Below are positions 39,101 through 49,306 of a stretch of DNA of 64,000 bases, in pieces. Position 1 is the stretch's first letter; every line of letters begins with the position of its first letter. Source of the stretch: Scenedesmus sp. PABB004 (Eukaryota); assembly GCA_014905635.1 (NCBI GenBank), contig JABVCE010000026.1, forward strand, positions 434,001 through 498,000, in the 5' to 3' direction. Below the pieces are notes generated by a model. It ran no database searches and was not told the DNA's origin. It saw nothing but the letters and a program-made list of their open reading frames with translations. Both the position numbers and the translations under genes were made by a program.

Positions 39101-39737
39101 GTGCCGCGTCGCTCACTCTGGCAGGCGGCCCGTCGCGGCCGCGAGCTGGCCGCGCGCATCGAACAGCGCGATCCCGCGCCGCGACACGCGCAGCCCGCTG
39201 GCGACGAGCACGTTGCTGCCGGCCGGCACGGGCGGCAGCTCGTCTGCGGCGCGCGCGGCAGGCGGTGGAGGCGGCGGCGGCCGGGCCTGCCGGCGCGCGC
39301 TGGGGACCCCGCGCCGCGCGCGCTGGGCCCCGCGCCGCGCTGCGCGCGCGCACCGCGGGCTTTCGGGCACATGGCCAACAGAAAGCCGCCCGCGGCAGCG
39401 CCGTGCCCGCCGGCAGCGCCCAGCCCGCGCATCCGGGCGCGCCGCTCGTGGCGACGGCGCGGGGCGGGCCGCCGCCGCCGTCGCTTGCGCACCAGCCGGA
39501 CAGGTTAACGGCGGCGTCGGGCGAGGTGTTGTGCAGCTCGAACCACTCGGTCGCGCCGGCGGCGGCGACCCAGCTGCGCTGCTCGTCGGCCGAGGCGTTT
39601 GCGGGCGAGGCGAGCAGCTCGCTGACGACCACCGGCCCCGCCAGCACCGCCGGCTGCGCGCCCGCGGCCGCCGCGCGCGCGGCGGCCGCCAGCAGCAGGG
39701 CGGCGGGCAGCACCACGGCGCGCGCGTGCGGGCGCAT
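34525..39737 (-). CDS. Secreted lamin-tail-domain / CotH-family atypical kinase / lamin-tail-domain protein, many exons
   Basis: Signal peptide; LTD VVVSELLA..EWFELHN..VNLSGW; CotH motifs RRGVTS, KMSFK, LKLN, KEVVAY, VYLNG.FHGLF.MVEQ|VD, NNMD|RCTKNFYMY, IAWDVEASMG; C-terminal LDMSRWSL..WTLPP|GTVLPPGG. Confidence 0.82.
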
Positions 39738-40122
39738 GGCGGCCTGCGCGCGGGGCGGCGCGGCGGCGCGGCGTGTGGGGCAGCTGCGCGCGGCTGCCGG
39801 CGGTCGCTCCCCCCCCCTCCGCGCGCAGGCGCCGGCGCTCGGGCGGCCCCCGGCCCAATGACGGCCCGCCGCGGTGCGGCGCGGGGCCGCGCCTGCACGG
39901 CGGCGGCGGAGCGGTGGCGGCAGCGCCGCCGTGCGCGCGGGCGGTGCGGTGCGCGGTGGCGGGCACGCGGCCTGCGGCGGGTCTCAGTGGCGCGGCCGCG
40001 TCGCGGGCGGGGCGGGGGTGCGCGGGCGCGGGGGCCGAGGGCGGTTCAAGCTCGTCCGCGCACCTGCCGCTCGGCCGCGCACCTGTTGCCGCGCGCCGCG
40101 CCCGCGAGCCACAACACACGCG

Positions 40123-42366
40123 ATGGCGACGCGGCGCGTGGCGCTGCTGGAATGCGAGGACGCCCCGAAGTGGGCGGGCTACACTGAGAGCGTGAGCTGC
40201 GGCCGGCGCGGCGGGGGCGCTGCTGCTCGCGCGCCTCACGCCCCACGCGCCGCCGTGCAGTTATGGCGCGCTGCCGTGGAGGAGCCCGGTGACGAGTGGC
40301 GCGTCTGGCGGGTGCGTGCTGCTAGCGGCGGCAGCGGCAGCGGCGGCAGCGGCGGCGGAGCAGCAGCGGCGTCGCGTTTGCTCGGGCCGGCGCGTCGCCA
40401 GGGCGCGCCGCGCAGCTGCGCCGCACGCCCCTCCCTCAAGCTCCCGCGCTCTCGCTCTCCCACCGCCGCCGGGCCGCCGCCGCGCAGGCATGCGCCGGCG
40501 AGCTGCCGACGGCGGACGAGGCGGCCGCGTGCGACGCTGTCATCGTCGGCGGCAGCCACTACTCCGCCTATGAGGACCACGTCTGGATCCAGCGCCTGCT
40601 GGAGCTGCTGCCCGCGTACGCAGCAAGCGGCGCCCGCATCTACGGCTGCTGCTTCGGCGCGCAGGCACGGGTCCGGGGCGCGCGCGCCGCACCGCGTGGC
40701 GGCCGCGTCGGCGCAGCGCGCGGCCCTGCAGCCGCGGCGGCGGCCGGCCCGCGACGCCGCGCGCCCGGCCTGTGCGCAGATCCTGGCGCGCGCGCTGGGT
40801 GGCGAGGTGGGGCCCAACCCGGACGGCGCGTTTGTGCTGACGCTCGAGTCGGTGCAGCCGACGCCGGAGCTGGCGCGGTTTGAGGGGCTGCACGCCGCGC
40901 TGCAGGCGGACCTGGCGAGCGGCGACGGCGCCGCGGCCGCCGCCGCGCCGCTGCCGGCAGACGCCGCGGGCGCCGCGCTGGCGGCGCTGAGCCTCTCGCC
41001 GCCGCCCGGCGGCGACGAGGCGCGCGCGGCAGCGGCCGAGCAGCAGGCGGGGGCCGCGGCAGCGCCCGGCGGGCTGCGGCTGATCGAGTCTCACGGCGAC
41101 CAGGTGCGGCGGCACGGTGCGCGCGGCTGGGCGGCCGCGCCCGCGGCGGCGCACCACGCGGCCCGCCCGCTCGCCTGTGCGCCTCGCCAGGTGCTGGCGC
41201 TGCCGCCCGGCGCGGTGCGGCTCGCCACGAGCCCGACCGCGGCCAACGAGCTCTGGGCGTGGGGCCCCAACGTGCTGGCGAGCCAGTTTCATGTTGAGTT
41301 TGATGAGCCGCTGGTCCTCCAGAAGATCTGGGCCACGCTGCGCGACGCGGGCCGGCTCTCGCCGGAGCAGGCCGAGGCGAGCCGGCGGTCGCTGGCGGGC
41401 GGCGGCGCGCAGAGCGCGCGCGCGCTGCGTGTCATCAAGCACTTCCTGCGGCACGGCGCCGGCGACGCGGCGCGGCCGCCCGGCAGCAGCGCCGGCGGCG
41501 GCGGGGGCAGGGGCGACGGCGGCGCCGGCGGCGCGCCCGGCGGCGACGGCGGCGCACTCGGCGGCGGGAGCGCGCCTGCCGACGGTGCGCCACCACAGCA
41601 GCAGCAGCAGCAGCAGCAGCAGCCACCAGGCCCAGGCGCCGCACCGCCGCCGGGAGCGGCGGCTGCCGGGGAGCCCCTGCAGCCAGGGCTGCCGCCCCTG
41701 CGGGTGCCCGCGGACGCCGCCGCAGCCGCCGCCACGCGCAGCAGCAGCTGGCCGTCGGGGCTGGCCGGCGCCGACGCGGCGCCGCCGCACGGCTCCGCGG
41801 CGCCGAGCGGCGCGAGCAGCCCCACCGCCGCGTCGGAGGCGAGCTGGGCGGGCACCGCCAGCACGGCGAGCACGGTGCCGTTCTCTGTCATCGCCCACCA
41901 GCGCCGCGCCGCGGCGCGCGAGGCGGAGCTGGGCGAGGCCGCGGGCCGCATGGTCGGCGACGCGGACGCCGCGCTGCAGCTGCGCCTGCGCTTGTCCGGG
42001 CTCGACCTTGACACGCTCACGCAGCTCAACGCCGCGGCGGCGGAGGCGTACGGCGGCGCGGCCGAGCTCGCCGCGGCGCTGGGGCAGTTTGTGTCGGACC
42101 TCGGCGCGCGCCAGGCGGCGGTGCGCGAGGCGCTGTGCGCGCTGCCCGCGCTCGACCGCCAGCTGCGCGCGCTCGAGGGCACCGTGTCGGGCCTCGACCG
42201 GCGCAGCCGCGAGCTCGAGGCGCGGCTCGGCCTCGGCCGGGGCCGCGGCGCGTACGACTACCTGGCTGCCGCGGCGGGCAGCCTCAGCCGCGCCGGCAGC
42301 AGCGTGACGGCGGCCGCGGGCGGCGGCGCCGGCTGCCTCGGCGGCGGCGCGCTGCCGCGGCAGTGA
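40123..42366 (+). CDS. Class I glutamine amidotransferase-like (gamma-glutamyl peptidase/GMP-synthase type) protein with a C-terminal BLOC1S2-like coiled coil, about 5 exons
   Basis: IVGGSHYSAY, WIQRL, IYGCCFGAQ|ILARALGG, ESHGDQ|V..LPPGA, QFHVEF (Cys-His-Glu triad); tail LDTLTQLN..Y..LEGTVSGLDRRSRELEARL. Confidence 0.85.
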   Translation: MATRRVALLECEDAPKWAGYTESVSCGRRGGGAAARAPHAPRAAVQLWRAAVEEPGDEWRVWRVRAASGGSGSGGSGGGAAAASRLLGPARRQGAPRSCAARPSLKLPRSRSPTAAGPPPRRHAPASCRRRTRRPRATLSSSAAATTPPMRTTSGSSACWSCCPRTQQAAPASTAAASARRHGSGARAPHRVAAASAQRAALQPRRRPARDAARPACAQILARALGGEVGPNPDGAFVLTLESVQPTPELARFEGLHAALQADLASGDGAAAAAAPLPADAAGAALAALSLSPPPGGDEARAAAAEQQAGAAAAPGGLRLIESHGDQVRRHGARGWAAAPAAAHHAARPLACAPRQVLALPPGAVRLATSPTAANELWAWGPNVLASQFHVEFDEPLVLQKIWATLRDAGRLSPEQAEASRRSLAGGGAQSARALRVIKHFLRHGAGDAARPPGSSAGGGGGRGDGGAGGAPGGDGGALGGGSAPADGAPPQQQQQQQQQPPGPGAAPPPGAAAAGEPLQPGLPPLRVPADAAAAAATRSSSWPSGLAGADAAPPHGSAAPSGASSPTAASEASWAGTASTASTVPFSVIAHQRRAAAREAELGEAAGRMVGDADAALQLRLRLSGLDLDTLTQLNAAAAEAYGGAAELAAALGQFVSDLGARQAAVREALCALPALDRQLRALEGTVSGLDRRSRELEARLGLGRGRGAYDYLAAAAGSLSRAGSSVTAAAGGGAGCLGGGALPRQ

Positions 42367-42897
42367 GCGGGCGGGCAGGCGCCGGGGCTGGTCGGCGCGC
42401 TGGTAGCCGGATTGCTCTGCCCCGCCCTGCCTCTTCGCCACGCTCAACGCCGACCCAGCCGCCCGCCTGCCTGTCCTGTCGCTAGGCCCTGCAATCGCTG
42501 GACGCACAGGGGTCCCCCCCACCTGGCTGAAAACCTCACCCGCTCGCCACTGCAGCAACACAGTGCACAGCGTGCGGTGCGCGCTCCCCAGGCACACTCA
42601 CACAAGCAGCCCGCCACAGTGCACGGCGGGGCGCGTGCCGCCGCCGCCGCCCAGGACACAGCTCAGAGCTCGCCCACTCCCCCCAGCACTGTGCGGCCGC
42701 GCGCGGTCATCGGCGCAAGCAACAGCCCCCACCCATGTCAACACCCGCCGCCGCCCTCCTCCCCGCCCTCGGCCCCCGCTGCCCCGGGCGCGCCCGCTGT
42801 GTGCTGCAACCCTCGGCGCGCCGCCCGGCCGGCCGCGCGCGCGACCGCCCGGCCGGTCCGCTGCCCTGGCCGGCGGCGTGCGCGGCGCGTGCCGCGC

Positions 42898-45800
42898 TCA
42901 CGCGCAAAACATGTACAGGCTGTTGGCCGACGCGCACGCGACCACGTCGGCGCCGGGGTGCCACGCGAGGTGCAGGACCTTGCTGCCATAGTCCTGCGAG
43001 GTGCCGGGGCCCTGCTCCGCCGTGGCCATGGGGTCGCGGCTCGCCTCGAGCGTCGCGCCGCCGCGCAGCAGCCCGCCCGGCAGCCCGCGCCACGGCGCGC
43101 CGCCGCCGCCGCGCGCGCGGGGCGGCCCCGCCGCGTCCACCGCGTCCGCGCCACAGCCGCCGACGCCGCCGGCGCCGCTGCCGGGCGCCGCCGCCGGGGT
43201 GAGCGCGTCCCAAGCAGAGAACACGCGGAAGCTGTTGTTGTACGTCCCGGTCGCGACCGCGGCGCCGTCGCCGCTCACGGCGCAGCCAAACTTGTCAAAC
43301 ATGCAGTCGTTGTCGTACAGGTCGCACAGCTGCGGGCGGGCGGCAGGCACGGGGCGCCGGGCGGCGGCGGCGGGCGGCGGCGGCGGGCGGCGGCGGGCGG
43401 CGGCGGGCGGCGGCGGCGGGGGCGGCGCGCACATGCATGAGCCGGCGCGCCGGCGAGCCAGGGCGGGGCGAGCCGCGGCGGCCGAGCCCCGACCCCTCGG
43501 CGCGCCGGCGGCGCTGCGCGGCGCGGCGTTGCGCGGCCCCGGCGGGCGCGCACCCGCGGGCGCAGGTGCTCGTGCACCGCGAGCGTCGCGAGCGGGCGCG
43601 CCTCGGCCGCGAGGTCCCACACGCGCAGGGCCATGTAGTCGCGCGAGAGCAGGTAGCGCCCGCATGGCGAGAAGGCGATCGCGCTGGTCGAGGCGATGAC
43701 GTCGGAGAAGAAGCTCCGCGGGCCGCCGCCCTGCGGAAGAGTGGGAGGGAGGGGGAGGGAGGGGCGTGAGTGCGTGCGCGCGGGCGGGCGCGCGGGCGCG
43801 CGGGGAGTGGAGGAGGGGCCGTGCGGCGCGGCCGGCGGCGGCGGGGCCGCGCGTCGGGCGCGGGGCGCGCCGCCGCGCACCGGCGGCGGCGCCTCCTCGT
43901 AGACCTTTGCGCTGCGGTCGCACAGCGCGGCGGCGCGCATGTCGGCGAGCCGCACGCAGCCGCGGCTGCTCGCATACGCGAGCGTTGCGCAGTGCGAGGG
44001 GTGGAACTGCACGCTGGTGATGACCTGCGGCCAGGGGGGGGGGCAGGGCGGCGAGCAGGGGGCGGGGCGGAGAGGGGCACGGTCGGCGCGCGCAGCCGCG
44101 CGCGCGCTCGCGCCTGAGGCCCCGCTGCAGCGGCCCGGGCGCCGCGACCCAGGCCGGCGGCGGCGGCGCGGCGGGGCCACCATGCCAGCGGCGCGGCCTG
44201 GCCGCCCCTAAACCCTAAACCCCTGTAGACCCACCTCGGCGAGGTCGTCCATGTTGGGCGGCTTGAGGTCGACGAGCGTGAACGCGGCGCGCTGCTCCTC
44301 GAGGCTCCACAGGTTGATGCGCAGGTCGTCCGCCGACAGGAAGGTCGCCTGGTCGCTGTTGACGCTGAGCGAGTGGATGTGATACGTGTGGCCGTTGGCA
44401 AACACGCGCCGCGCGCGCGACACGAGCGCCGCCTCGCGCGCGGCCACGCGCGGCAGGCGCAGCGCGCCGACGCTGCCCGGTGGCGCCGGCGCGCGCGGCG
44501 CGGCGCACGCGGGCGCGGCCGCGGCCTGCGGCGGCGCGGCGGCGGCGGCGGGTGCGCGTTGGCGGCGGCGCGCCAGGCGGCGCGGCGCCGCGCTGCGCGC
44601 GGCGCACTCACGCCGCGGCGGCGTGCGGGGCGCCCCACTCGGTGACGACCTGGCTGCGCCTCTCATACACCTGCGCGCACGCGCGCGGCGCGCGGCGCCG
44701 CTCAGGCGGGCGCGGCGGGGCGCGTGGCGGCGCGGCCCGGTCGCGCGACCGCGCCGCCCTGCCGCGCCGCGCCGCGCCGCGGCCGCGGCCGCCGCGCCTT
44801 CCAGAGCTTGATGGTCTTGTCGTTCGTCGACAGCAGCGCGTGCGACCGCCCGCCGGGGAGCCACTGGATGGCGTTGATGCGCTCCTCGATCTCCAGTGAC
44901 TTGAGGTAGTCAAACTCGGGCTCGTGGCTCTGCAGCTCAGTAAGGTAGCGGTACTCAAACCCGGGGCCCCACGCCGGCGGGCCCGCGGGCCGCGCGTCGG
45001 GCGGCGCCGGGCGCTGCGCGCGGGGGCGAGAGCGCGGCGCGAGCGTGGGCACGTGGGCGCGCGGGCGGCGCCGCACTGCGCCGCACGGCGCGCGAGGGGC
45101 GCTCGCGGCGAGGCGAGGCGCGCGCACCGGCGGCGCGGCGACGCGCTCAAACAGCACCACGCGCCCGCCGCGGTCGCCGGTGGCCAGGAAGGAGCCGTCG
45201 CGGTCGAACTGAACCGCCGAGATGACGTCGGCTGGCGGGCCAGGCGCGGCGGCAGCGGCGGCGCGGGGCGGTGAGGGCGCGGCGTGCTCGGGCAGAGCGC
45301 CGCGCGCAGGGCCGGCCGGCCAGGCGGCGGGGGCGGCAGCGCCCGGCGGGCGCTCAAGCGGCGGCGTTCCGGCGGGCACTCACGCTCTTGTACCTCCTCG
45401 TCCGGCGTGCGCTCGCCGAAGCACTGCAGAAAGTGCCACGGCCCCGGCGCGCCCCGGGCCGGCGCGCAGCGCTGCCCGCCGCTGGCGGGCGCGTCCCAGG
45501 CTGCTGCGCCGCCCGCGCAGCCGGGGCCGGCCTGCTGCGGCTGCGCAGCGCCCGTCGGGGCGGCGGCGCGCCCGGCCGCCGCCGCCGCCGCGGCCTGGTC
45601 GCCCTGGCCGCGCCTGTGCAGCAGGCGGCGCAGGCAGCCGTCCGCCTCCTCCGGCGCCAGGAACAGCCCGCAGCACGGCTGCGCGCAGCCCGCCTGCAGC
45701 GCCGCCAGCAGCTGCGCGACGCTGCGCTGCGCCGGCGGCGTGGCCGACAGAAACTGCTGCAGCGACGCCAGCGCCGCGGCGCAGCCGGGGCGGTGGAGGC

Positions 45801-48341
45801 CGGCGAGCTCCGCGTGCAGGCCGCGACACCACGCTGCGACCGCGAGGCCGCCGCTGCGGCCGGGGTGGGCCTGCGGCGGCTGCTCGCCGCCGCCCTGCGC
45901 GCTGATGCTGGCCGCCGCGAGGCCGCTCGCGGCCGCGGCCTCCAGCAGCAGCGCCTCGCCCTCGGTCTCGCCCGCGCACAGCGCGCGCCGCGCCGCCCAC
46001 GCGAGCGCCGCCTGCCCGTCTGCGCAGGGGTCGGCGCCGTGCAGCAGCAGCAGGCGCGCCATGTGCAGCCGGCTGCTGCCCAGCAGCGCCGCGAGCTGCA
46101 GCGCCGCGTCCAGCGCCGCCTGGCTGTGCGCATGCGCGGCGAGCAGGCGCGCCAGGCCCTCGGTCGCGCCGGACATGACCGCTTCCGGCAGGCCGCCTGC
46201 GCGGTGGCCGCACGGGCGCGCAGCGCGCGTGGGCGGGCGCGCCGGCAGCGCCCGGCACGGCGCGCGCCGCGCGCTCGGCAACCAGGGAGGCGCGCGCACC
46301 TTGTGGCCCCAGCACGACGCTGAGCTCCTGCAGCGACGCAGCGCGCAGCATGGCAGGGACGTGCAGCGACAGGTCGGGCCAGGCGCCGCCGCCGCCGGCA
46401 CCGCTGAGCAGGCCAGCCTTGGCGCCGCACGGCGCCGCCGCCTGCGCCTGCGCGTGCTCGGCCGGCGCCGCCCCCGCTCGCTGCAGCAGCTGCAGCGCCG
46501 GATGCGGCGCGGCCTCGCCCTGCTGCGGCTGCTCGCGAGGTGCAGCGGAGGCAGCCTGCAGCACCTGCTGCAGGCTGACACCCCGCCAGCTGCTGTCGGG
46601 CTCGGTCGGCAGGCCGTGCAGCCTGCTCCACTGCATCAGCTCCTGCGGGGCGGCCGGGGCGCGTGAGGAACCCCCCGCCAGCGGCCGGCAACAGTCGGCA
46701 GCGGCGCGCAGGCGCACCAGCAGCACGTGCTCGTCGCCGCTGGCGGCGGCCAGTAGGAGCAGCGGCGGCGCCTGCTGCGCCGCCGTGCCGCCGCCCGCCC
46801 ACGCCAGGCGCTGCCGCGCGACGAGCGCCTGCTCAGCCGGCGGCCCCGCCGCGCCAGGCGCCAGCCGCGCGGCCGCGAGGCGCTGAAGCACCCAGCGCAC
46901 GACGTGCAGGCGCCCCTGCCGGATGCCGGCGGCGAGCAGCGCGGCCGCCGCAGCGGCGCGGCACGAGGCCACGCGCAGCGGCAGGAGCTCGTCGGGCGCA
47001 CAGGGTTCAGCCTCCTGCGCCTGCTCGCCGCCGCCGTCGTGCGCGCGCGCCGCCAGCAGGGCGGCCAGCTGCTCGTGCGGCTGCAGCAGCAGGCGGTGCA
47101 GCTGCTGCAGCAGCTCCGCGCCGCCCGGCGCGCACAGCCTGCGGCGGCGCGGCGCGGCGCGGCGCGGCGACGGGTCAGGGAGCAGGGCGGCGCGGCGCGC
47201 GCGCTGGCGCGGCGCGTGCCGCCGCGCGGCAGCGCACATCTCGCTGAGCTGCCCGGCCGCGCGGTGGTCCGCCTGGAGCACGAGCAGGGGCTCGGGCGCG
47301 CTGCTGTAAAAGCCCTGGCTCGCCACGGCTAAATGCAGGGGTCCCTCGCGCGCGAGCGCGGCGGCCGGCAGCGGCACGCTCCACGCGCCGCGGCCCGCCT
47401 GCTCGCCCGCCGGCAGCAGCGGCAGCGTGTGCAGCGCCGCCCCCGCCTGCAGCAGCACCACCGCCTGCGCCGGGTCGGCGCCGCCGACGCGCAGCTGCAG
47501 CGCCGCGCCCGGCGCGCCCGCCGGCAGCACGCGCGCGCTCAGCGCCTGCAGCACGGGCGCGTCGGGCGCGCCGGGCGGCAGGTGCGCGCCCCAGTGCTGG
47601 CTGCTCCACGCCACCGCGCCGCCGCCGGCGCAGGCCGCGACGACCTGGCCGGCGCCGGCGCCGCCGCCCGCCGCTGCCGCGCGGCGCGCGCTCGCGGCCG
47701 CAAAGTGCCAGACCCAGCCCGACAGCTGGAAGGGCGTGGGGCACGCGATGCTGCCGGGCAGCTGCGCCGCCGCGCGGATGCTGCCGCCGCCGACGGCGAC
47801 GTCGCCGCCCGCGGCGCCCAGCAGCTCGCGCAGCGTGGCGCGCACGAACGCGGCGTCCCCGGGCGTGGGCGGCTCGCTGCACGACGCGGCAAAGCCCACG
47901 CCCGCCAGGCCGCCGACCGGGTCGCCGCTGCGAGCCTGCGGTTGCCGGGGCAGCGGTCGGGGCGACAACGCCGCGTGGGCGGGCGCGCGGGCCGCGCGCG
48001 CCGGGCAGGCGCGGCACGGTCGCGCCGCGCGCGCTCACCTGCTGCTGCGCGCCGCCGCGGTGCCACGCGCGCGCCGCCTTGCAGGCGTCACTCTGCTGCC
48101 CAGCAGCGTCCCTGGTGCCGCCGGCGTCCGGGTCGGCATCCGTGACGCCCAGCTGCTGCGCCGCCACGCCGGCACCCGCGAGCGGGTCGAGCAGCACCGC
48201 GGCGGCGAGCCGCTGCCGCTCCCCGACCACGCCGACGTCTGCCAGCGCGGCGGCGACCGCCGAGCCCGTCCCATCGGCGCCCTCGGGCGGCGTGCCGGTC
48301 TCGGAGCCGGCCACCGACGCCTTGGCGCCATGGCGCAGCAT
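42898..48341 (-). CDS. PPP2R2: PP2A regulatory subunit B/B55 (WD40; about 45445-42898), preceded in frame by a long N-terminal extension with ankyrin-like helices
   Basis: [111 protein letters not shown]. The B55 part is high confidence; the 5' extent to 48341 is inferred from in-frame GT-AG joins. Confidence 0.8.
44206..44222 (-). repeat. Interstitial TTTAGGG telomere-like repeat in a B55 intron
   Basis: ccctaaaccctaaaccc on the + strand, just after a 5' splice site on the - strand. Confidence 0.65.
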
Positions 48342-49306
48342 GGGCGCGCTGCTGCCCGCTCTCACAGCCCCGCTCCGGCGGCTCCGCGCCACCGGCGGCT
48401 TGCCGGGCCGGCCCGAGTGTGCGCGGGGCGGCCGAGGGCGACTCGTGAAAGGGCGGCAGCCCGCGCCGCGCGCCAGGCCGATCGGCAGCTGCAGTGGCGC
48501 GCCCGCTGATTCGGGGCGCCCGCCTGCGCCCGGCACCGCGTTGCTTGTGCAGCGCAGCCGCGGACAGGCTAAGCGTCGCGCTCGCTCGCGGGAGAGCGGC
48601 TCGGGGGCGCTGCGGGCCAGTATGGTTGTTGAGGAGGGAGGCGAAGCGGCGGCACCTCCAGCACAAACCCCCTCACCGGCGCGAGCGGCCCCTTCCACGC
48701 GCACGGTACCTCATGACGGTCAGCGGTCACGCGGCCGCAGAGTTTGCGCGAGGACCAACGCGCGCGCCGCGGCACCTGCCCGCTGCTCGACTCCGGCGGC
48801 CGGCGGCACCAGAGGCGGCGGGCGCGCTCCCGGGGCCCTCGTGAGACGTGGCTTACGACGAAACCTCGGTGTTGTGCGTCCGGATCGCTGGGTTTGGAGG
48901 GCGGCCAGCAGCAGCGCGCGGCGGGTCACGCCGCCGAAAGTCAAGGCACTCACCGGCGCGAGCTCGCCCACGGCTTCGTGCAGGTCGTGGCTACTCGCCG
49001 TCTGTGCTCGCGCTGCCTGCGTGCGCAAACCGCTGGAATGCGGGAGTTCGGGGACTTGGGCGGGCGGGAAGCCTCGCGTCGAGGCTCACGCGGCGTCGTG
49101 TGGTGGCAATCGCCGCACACGAGCTGCGTTCTTGCACTCTTCAACGTCCAAGCAGCTGCCCGACGTTCTCCCACGCTCGCTTCGCGGCCCGCGCGCGAGC
49201 GCGCTCGCTACCGGCCCGCTCGCGGCCCGCGCGCGAGCCAGGGCCCCAGCTCGCGCGCAGCTCGGAAAGGCTCGTGCGAGCTCAGCGTCCCCCCACCACG
49301 CCAGCC

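Noticed and set aside
34525..39737. CotH gene as bacterial contamination
   Set aside because: It has many host-style introns and the same composition as its neighbours.
2539..42366. VTC + BLOS2-like + ABCG as an acidocalcisome gene cluster
   Set aside because: The genes are far apart and separated by unrelated housekeeping genes; nothing in the sequence supports functional clustering.
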